A stretch of DNA of 12,431 nt from Pseudobdellovibrionaceae bacterium (GTDB lineage: Bacteria > Bdellovibrionota > Bdellovibrionia > Bdellovibrionales > Bdellovibrionaceae). The stretch's first letter is position 1. The number at the start of each line of letters is the position of its first letter. Shown here in pieces: positions 8,083-12,431 of the stretch. Position numbers and translations under genes: made by a program. The notes under the pieces were generated by a model. That model was given only the letters and a program-made list of their open reading frames with translations, was not told the DNA's origin and ran no database searches. The stretch is from positions 1-12,431 of the forward strand of contig JBIKLL010000080.1 in the NCBI GenBank assembly GCA_044359815.1. Direction: 5' to 3'.

Positions 8083-8205
8083 ATTCACGCAAAGACTCTA
8101 CAGCATTGTTGACTTCATGGGATTCGCGACTTGCGACGTAGCGGAACTACGCCTCAGTCGCTCACCCACTCGTCGCCTCGCTGTAGAGGCTTTTCGTGAA
8201 TTGGA
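8079..8205. repeat. Long imperfect palindrome (MITE/REP-like) overlapping the tRNA 3' end
   Basis: Terminal arms 8079-8104 and 8180-8205 are reverse complements at 24/26 nt. Nested stems TGGG/CCCA, GCGACT/AGTCGC and CGTAG-CGGAA-CTACG. Confidence 0.85.
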
Positions 8206-8215
8206 CCTGTGATTG

Positions 8216-8347
8216 TGGTGGAAGTTGGGCTGTCAACGTACTGCCGGTTCGCAAAAATGCCATGAAGGCATTTTTGCGCGACAGCCCCGAGCGCCCGCGA
8301 GTGGGTTGAACACAGGATGTGTGAAACCATTCCGGCCGACTCTGCCA
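8216..8347 (+). repeat. RtT-like tRNA-linked structured repeat with a split copy of the tRNA 3' end
   Basis: GCCGGTTC (8243-8250) equals tRNA 8055-8062. ATTCCGGCCGACTCTGCCA (8329-8347) matches tRNA 8064-8082 at 15/19. The 78 nt between them carry hairpins (CGCAAAAATGCC-ATGAA-GGCATTTTTGCG; ACACA-GGA-TGTGT). The 5' end TGGTGGAAGTTGG can pair with the 3' CCGACTCTGCCA. Confidence 0.7.
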
Positions 8348-8496
8348 CCTGAATTAATGATGAACCTTGAAATAGTTCAGCTATCGATAATGAATTGATT
8401 CAAATGAATCGAATGACGTTCTGATTGCGACTTTGGTCGATGTTTTGTGGCAGCTACTAGACTAGATTTTTAACTGCCTTTTTCCGAAATAAACTA

Positions 8497-11364
8497 ATGA
8501 TGATACTCATATTTCTTTCTATTACTTCTATCGCATTTGGATCTGTAGAAGATATCAATAACTACGACTCTGTAATGGGCTGGTTCGGTAGCGAAAGTCA
8601 ATGCGCCCAAACCTCTCCCGAGGAACTCGAAACTTTGTCAAGGCAATGTAAACTCTCGAACGGCAATAAATCTTTACTTGAAATAGAAAATACAATGGAA
8701 GAAGTTATATTCCAACAAGTTGCAAAAAACAGTGATGAAGCGACTCAATGTCACGCTAGATTCCTAAATGGCTATTTTAAAGATCCCAAGCTTGCTTCTG
8801 AACTGCAGCAAGTAGCTTTTGACGAATTTCAACGTGTACAACCTGTTATGTCTGAACTGGTTAAAATGCGCACATCCCTTATTGAAAAAAAACGAAAATT
8901 GATGCTGGGCACAGCACCGGGCGAGAAAGGCAACTCCGCTCGATACTTTTTCAAAAAAGAAAACGAAGTTGATGAGGAAATAAATGCAGTAAACTATGCA
9001 TTAAAATCTATGGCTGCCCAAGTTCCAATGGGCGGACGCGACGAAATGATCGAATTACTTGTTGGTATGGCAAGCGAACCGAATATGACTAGCGAAAAAT
9101 TCAACAGGAATTTTAATGATGGAATGACAAAAGCAAAAAATAATATCAACAAATCAGTAGCCTATTTTGGTGATCGTCGAAAAAAAAATGGAACTTACAA
9201 TCTTAGTTCAAATGATAAGGCGGCGCTAACAAGTTCAGGCCAAGCCCTTGCGTACGTAGATTCCTATGGAGAAAAATTGGCAAACGGCTTACAGTGTCGA
9301 TTAAAATCTCGGTACGTAAAAGGACCGGCAAATGCGGAACTTGCTGCGACAGTAGGATTAACCTTTGGAGGCGGGGCTAGCCTGTTGGGAAAATCTTTGT
9401 GGCTCGCTAAGGGCGCAAAAGCTACTAGCACGGTCGCTCGTATTGGCTATATTGGTATAGAAGCGCTCGGCTGGGCATCTGCCGCTGGCTCAATTGGACT
9501 TCTGGCTGAACAGATTCGTAAAACCTGTTTTAATCCGGAGTTTTTTGCCAGTGCACAAAATAAGTCATGCGAACCAACGACTCAACTGCAAGGTATTTTT
9601 GTAGAGGCGTCTACTGCAGAATGCACAACCAACGTGATTTTTGCATCTGTCCCCGCCCTCATTGGTCTCCGCGCTGTTCTAAAATTAGCAAAAACTCGTC
9701 CACCAACTTCACTATCAGCCGGCGATTCAAAAGACGTACGTATATTCAAAACGGAAGCGGCTGATGATCTGAAGAACAGACCACCAAGCCAGTCCCCGGA
9801 ACTCGCTGCGACTGTGAGTGCAAATGAAAAAAAATTGGCTGGGATAATTGGCGAGATGAACGAAATTAAAAAATCACCACTCACAGCTGAAAGTAAAAAA
9901 AGACTAAACGATTTAAATAATGAAGCTTTAGAAATCGTAGGCAAAGAGCTTGATAAACAGGGTATCAAATATCGAATCGAATCACCTTCGATTGGTGGCA
10001 CGCCTGCAAAGCTGCGAGAGTCCAGCTCAATTATGATAGATGCTCGCTTAAAGAATGCAAAAGAGTATCTTGAAAAGGCAAAAGCTGATCTCAATTCTAC
10101 AAATGAGCTTCTTAAAAAGTCGGCAGCTTCCAGAATTTTTGAAAATGAAGAAAAATTAAAGATTCTTCAACGATTGAAGGAGGAAATGTCAGCGCTACCT
10201 GATGAGTATTTTACTAATACAGGAATGATTCAAAGGAGCCAAGATAATACCACAAGAGAAATTCGAGTTCTGAAAGAATTTAAAATTGCTGCTGAAGCCG
10301 AATTGCCCAAAGCCTCAGCAATCGAAAGACAACGAATTACAGAGAGAATAAAGATTTACGAAAAGGAACTAGATGATGCAGAAAAGCGTCTGCAAATGGA
10401 ATTAAAGTTTTTTGCAGAATCAAAACCTAAACCATCCGCTGCGCCAGCTGAAGCAAAACCCGTTGTATTAACAGACACAAAGATGCTCGGGACACTCCAT
10501 AGTCTTTTTAGTCGACAGCTCGTTATAGAATCAGGACCCAATAATCCAAAGGTCCTGCAAAATATTATTGATAAGTATAATGTGAAAATTGTCGTATCAC
10601 CACAAATGAAATCTTTAGAACAGAATATGCTTGGCGGGGTCATCCCCGGCGAAAAACCCACGTTTCTCTATCCCGTTGAAGAAATCCTAAGCGGCAATAC
10701 TGCCCTTAACGGCACGTTGCTACATGAAACTACGCACCTTCGCCATCTACAGATGCGAGCGCAAGGTGTAGATCTTCCGTACTACATTGATGTTAAAGCT
10801 GCCAAAGGAATGAAACTTCACACCCAAAATGGTTTTTATGACGAATTTATGTCTTTTGACGAGCTTTCCACCTGGAATAAAGATTTGAACTATGTGGATT
10901 CAAAAACACTTGGTGGACAAGTGAAACGGGCTTATATCGACGGCAGAATAGAGCAACAAACTGGATCCAGCGGAGTTCGGTATCGGACGGCAAAGGGCCT
11001 TAAGATTCTTTCGGAGTCAGCGCTTGAAGCTACTCAATCAGCACGTACAGCTATGTCCAAGTCCCCCGAAAAATTAGTATTTCGAATTTCGGACGATCCA
11101 AAAAAACCATCAACTGTTACTGTTCCGTATTTGCGTGACGGAAATCCAGTAGGAACTATTGACGTTACACTCATTAAGTTAAACTCGCAAAACGCTGCCG
11201 ACAGAATGAAGGTACTAAAGGAATATTTAGATCGTGCCGAAAAAATCGCAAAATTTCATAAACAAAAAGCTGAAGATGCCTTGTCAAAGTATTCTGGAGC
11301 GCCAACCGAAGGAGGGTGGCAACCAGTTTATTCACCTGAAACAAAATCGACGCCAACAAATTAG
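8497..11364 (+). CDS. Large secreted hypothetical protein with a C-terminal putative zinc metallopeptidase (HEXXH) domain; polymorphic-toxin-like layout
   Basis: 955-aa ORF with a hydrophobic N-terminal signal, seven Cys confined to the first ~380 aa, Gly/Ala-rich hydrophobic segments, an E/K-rich coiled-coil middle, LLHETTH (H743-H747) and a downstream Glu in FDELSTW (E789). The CDS is firm; the function is inferred. Confidence 0.8.
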   Translation: MMILIFLSITSIAFGSVEDINNYDSVMGWFGSESQCAQTSPEELETLSRQCKLSNGNKSLLEIENTMEEVIFQQVAKNSDEATQCHARFLNGYFKDPKLASELQQVAFDEFQRVQPVMSELVKMRTSLIEKKRKLMLGTAPGEKGNSARYFFKKENEVDEEINAVNYALKSMAAQVPMGGRDEMIELLVGMASEPNMTSEKFNRNFNDGMTKAKNNINKSVAYFGDRRKKNGTYNLSSNDKAALTSSGQALAYVDSYGEKLANGLQCRLKSRYVKGPANAELAATVGLTFGGGASLLGKSLWLAKGAKATSTVARIGYIGIEALGWASAAGSIGLLAEQIRKTCFNPEFFASAQNKSCEPTTQLQGIFVEASTAECTTNVIFASVPALIGLRAVLKLAKTRPPTSLSAGDSKDVRIFKTEAADDLKNRPPSQSPELAATVSANEKKLAGIIGEMNEIKKSPLTAESKKRLNDLNNEALEIVGKELDKQGIKYRIESPSIGGTPAKLRESSSIMIDARLKNAKEYLEKAKADLNSTNELLKKSAASRIFENEEKLKILQRLKEEMSALPDEYFTNTGMIQRSQDNTTREIRVLKEFKIAAEAELPKASAIERQRITERIKIYEKELDDAEKRLQMELKFFAESKPKPSAAPAEAKPVVLTDTKMLGTLHSLFSRQLVIESGPNNPKVLQNIIDKYNVKIVVSPQMKSLEQNMLGGVIPGEKPTFLYPVEEILSGNTALNGTLLHETTHLRHLQMRAQGVDLPYYIDVKAAKGMKLHTQNGFYDEFMSFDELSTWNKDLNYVDSKTLGGQVKRAYIDGRIEQQTGSSGVRYRTAKGLKILSESALEATQSARTAMSKSPEKLVFRISDDPKKPSTVTVPYLRDGNPVGTIDVTLIKLNSQNAADRMKVLKEYLDRAEKIAKFHKQKAEDALSKYSGAPTEGGWQPVYSPETKSTPTN

Positions 11365-11433
11365 ATTTTAAATTTTTGATCTTGCCAGTTCACAATTCTT
11401 GGAGAAACTCAGCCGCTGAAGTTGCAATTGCAT

Positions 11434-11516
11434 GAGGTGACAAGGATAGAACTCCCTACCCGAGCCTGATGCGAGCTCGTAATTCTGGTCGATGCCTACT
11501 CACCCAGAACCGTCAC
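11434..11516 (+). repeat. Degenerate tRNA-Cys-related structured element (RtT-like or att-like remnant)
   Basis: GAGGTGAC (11434-11441) is the reverse complement of tRNA 8073-8080. AATTCTGGTCGATGCCT (11481-11497) matches tRNA 8063-8079 at 12/17. CCGTCAC (11510-11516) equals tRNA 8071-8077. Stems GTGAC/GTCAC, CGAGC/GCTCG and TTCTGG/CCAGAA. Confidence 0.45.
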
Positions 11517-11610
11517 ATTAGTTAAAAGTTATACACCTATGGTATCCTATATCTAAACCCAGATGAGTCCGCATTTTGCTTATAACAGTTCTAATTAGAA
11601 AGGAAATTTT

Positions 11611-12039
11611 ATGAAATCAAATCTTAAACCGTACTGGAATCAAGTTTCAAAACTTTCTAATGATATCAAACAAAACATTGCGCTTTCTGCTGACAAAATT
11701 AAAAGCTACCTAAACGATGGTGAATACGAATCGGACCTGGACACTGTGATCAGCGCATTATACATGCACAAGCCAGACGCCGTCCCCAAGTTTGCTAATT
11801 TGGCTGACGCTAAAGAAAGACTTTATATAAAAACAAACTTTGTAAAAGAGCAAATTGCCCTATTTATTGCAGCCAGTGGCGCAACAGGTATGAAAATCGG
11901 AACCTATTTCGGTAATTCTGAATTAGGATTTATCATCGGTACTGCGACTGGGACTATTATTGTAGTGGTAGTTTGCGGAGTTGTTATCGTAAAACGAATT
12001 TCAAAACCCTGTTTTTTAACTAAAATCTCTGCAGGCTAA
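11611..12039 (+). CDS. Hypothetical membrane protein
   Basis: 142 aa with a GAAAGGA RBS. C-terminal Gly-rich hydrophobic segments (IALFIAASGATG; LGFIIGTATGTIIVVVVCGVVIV) followed by KR. Confidence 0.7.
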   Translation: MKSNLKPYWNQVSKLSNDIKQNIALSADKIKSYLNDGEYESDLDTVISALYMHKPDAVPKFANLADAKERLYIKTNFVKEQIALFIAASGATGMKIGTYFGNSELGFIIGTATGTIIVVVVCGVVIVKRISKPCFLTKISAG

Positions 12040-12203
12040 ACTAGCGATTTATAAATCTCATAATCGGCTTGCTCAAAACAACAAAAAATTATTTCTTGTG
12101 GATATTTACCATTCCAATTTCGACAAGCATCTATCGCAATATTTGCGGCCTCTGTCTTTGGGTATCTGTAAATGCCAGTCGAAATGCATGGGAATGCGAT
12201 GCT
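12036..12203 (-). pseudogene. 3' remnant of a macrodomain (YmdB/MacroD-like ADP-ribose hydrolase) gene
   Basis: SIAFPCISTGIYRYPKTEAANIAI...EIIFCCF is the conserved macrodomain C-terminus. The N-terminal motifs (GDIT, VNAAN, GGGV) are absent and are replaced by transposase sequence on the other strand. Confidence 0.85.
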
Positions 12204-12431
12204 GGATTGGTGGTGAAAAACTCTGGCTTCTCTCTGCACGCAGGTGTTGCCACCAAAGCTCTTGAGCGCACGAAGCTTGAAAGAATCTGCAGGTACATCG
12301 CCCGTCCTGCGGTCAGTGAAGAAAGACTCTCGCTGTCTGCCGCCGGAGACGTGATCTACAAGTTCAAAAAGCCTTGGGATGATGGGACGTCTGCTATAAA
12401 GATGACACCCATGGAGCTGATGGAAAAGCTT
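12204..12431 (+). mobile_element. Internal fragment of an IS91/ISCR-family (Y2 rolling-circle) transposase; 5'-truncated, runs off the right edge
   Basis: Hand translation gives GLVVKNSGFSLHAGVATKALERTKLERICRYIARPAVSEERLSLSAAGDVIYKFKKPWDDGTSAIKMTPMELMEKL. This matches the GFSLHAG...LERLCRYI.RP...RLS...K.P..DGT signature of ISCR/IS91 transposases. Not in the ORF track. Confidence 0.88.

Noticed and set aside
8216..8347. A second functional or intron-containing tRNA
   Set aside because: No proper D arm or anticodon arm can be built; only the T arm and a diverged 3' end are present.
8154..8398. ORFs 8154-8348 (-) and 8213-8398 (+)
   Set aside because: They coincide with the structured repeats after the tRNA and are better explained as non-coding.
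9567..11359. ORFs 9567-9764, 9582-10094, 10356-10661 and 11174-11359
   Set aside because: They are nested in or antisense to the 955-aa gene. The longer antisense ones have the Ser/Phe-rich composition expected opposite a Glu/Lys-rich gene.
12204..12239. MQREARVFHHQS as the true N-terminus of a 67-aa macrodomain protein
   Set aside because: It is the antisense reading of the transposase fragment, and the macrodomain's N-terminal motifs are missing.

Overview
The window has two parts. The left part (1-7909) looks like core chromosome: a 3'-truncated FAD-dependent oxidoreductase (missing from the ORF track), a secreted hypothetical protein, argS, a PA-domain subtilase, a REC + PilZ-like response regulator and a ComM/YifB AAA+ ATPase with a sigma54-type promoter. 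The right part starts at tRNA-Cys(GCA) (8009-8082) and looks accessory. It holds a 127-bp palindrome built onto the tRNA CCA end, an RtT-like repeat with a split copy of the tRNA T-arm, and a 955-aa secreted protein with a hydrophobic hairpin, coiled coil and C-terminal HEXXH domain. These are followed by a second, degenerate tRNA-derived structured element, a small membrane protein, and a junction fusing a 5'-truncated macrodomain gene to a 5'-truncated IS91/ISCR-type transposase. The most unusual non-coding feature is a three-copy mosaic repeat (about 1836-2162) between two convergent genes. The gene content suggests a Bdellovibrionota-like organism, but that is inference. No searches or folding programs were run; all alignments were done by eye.
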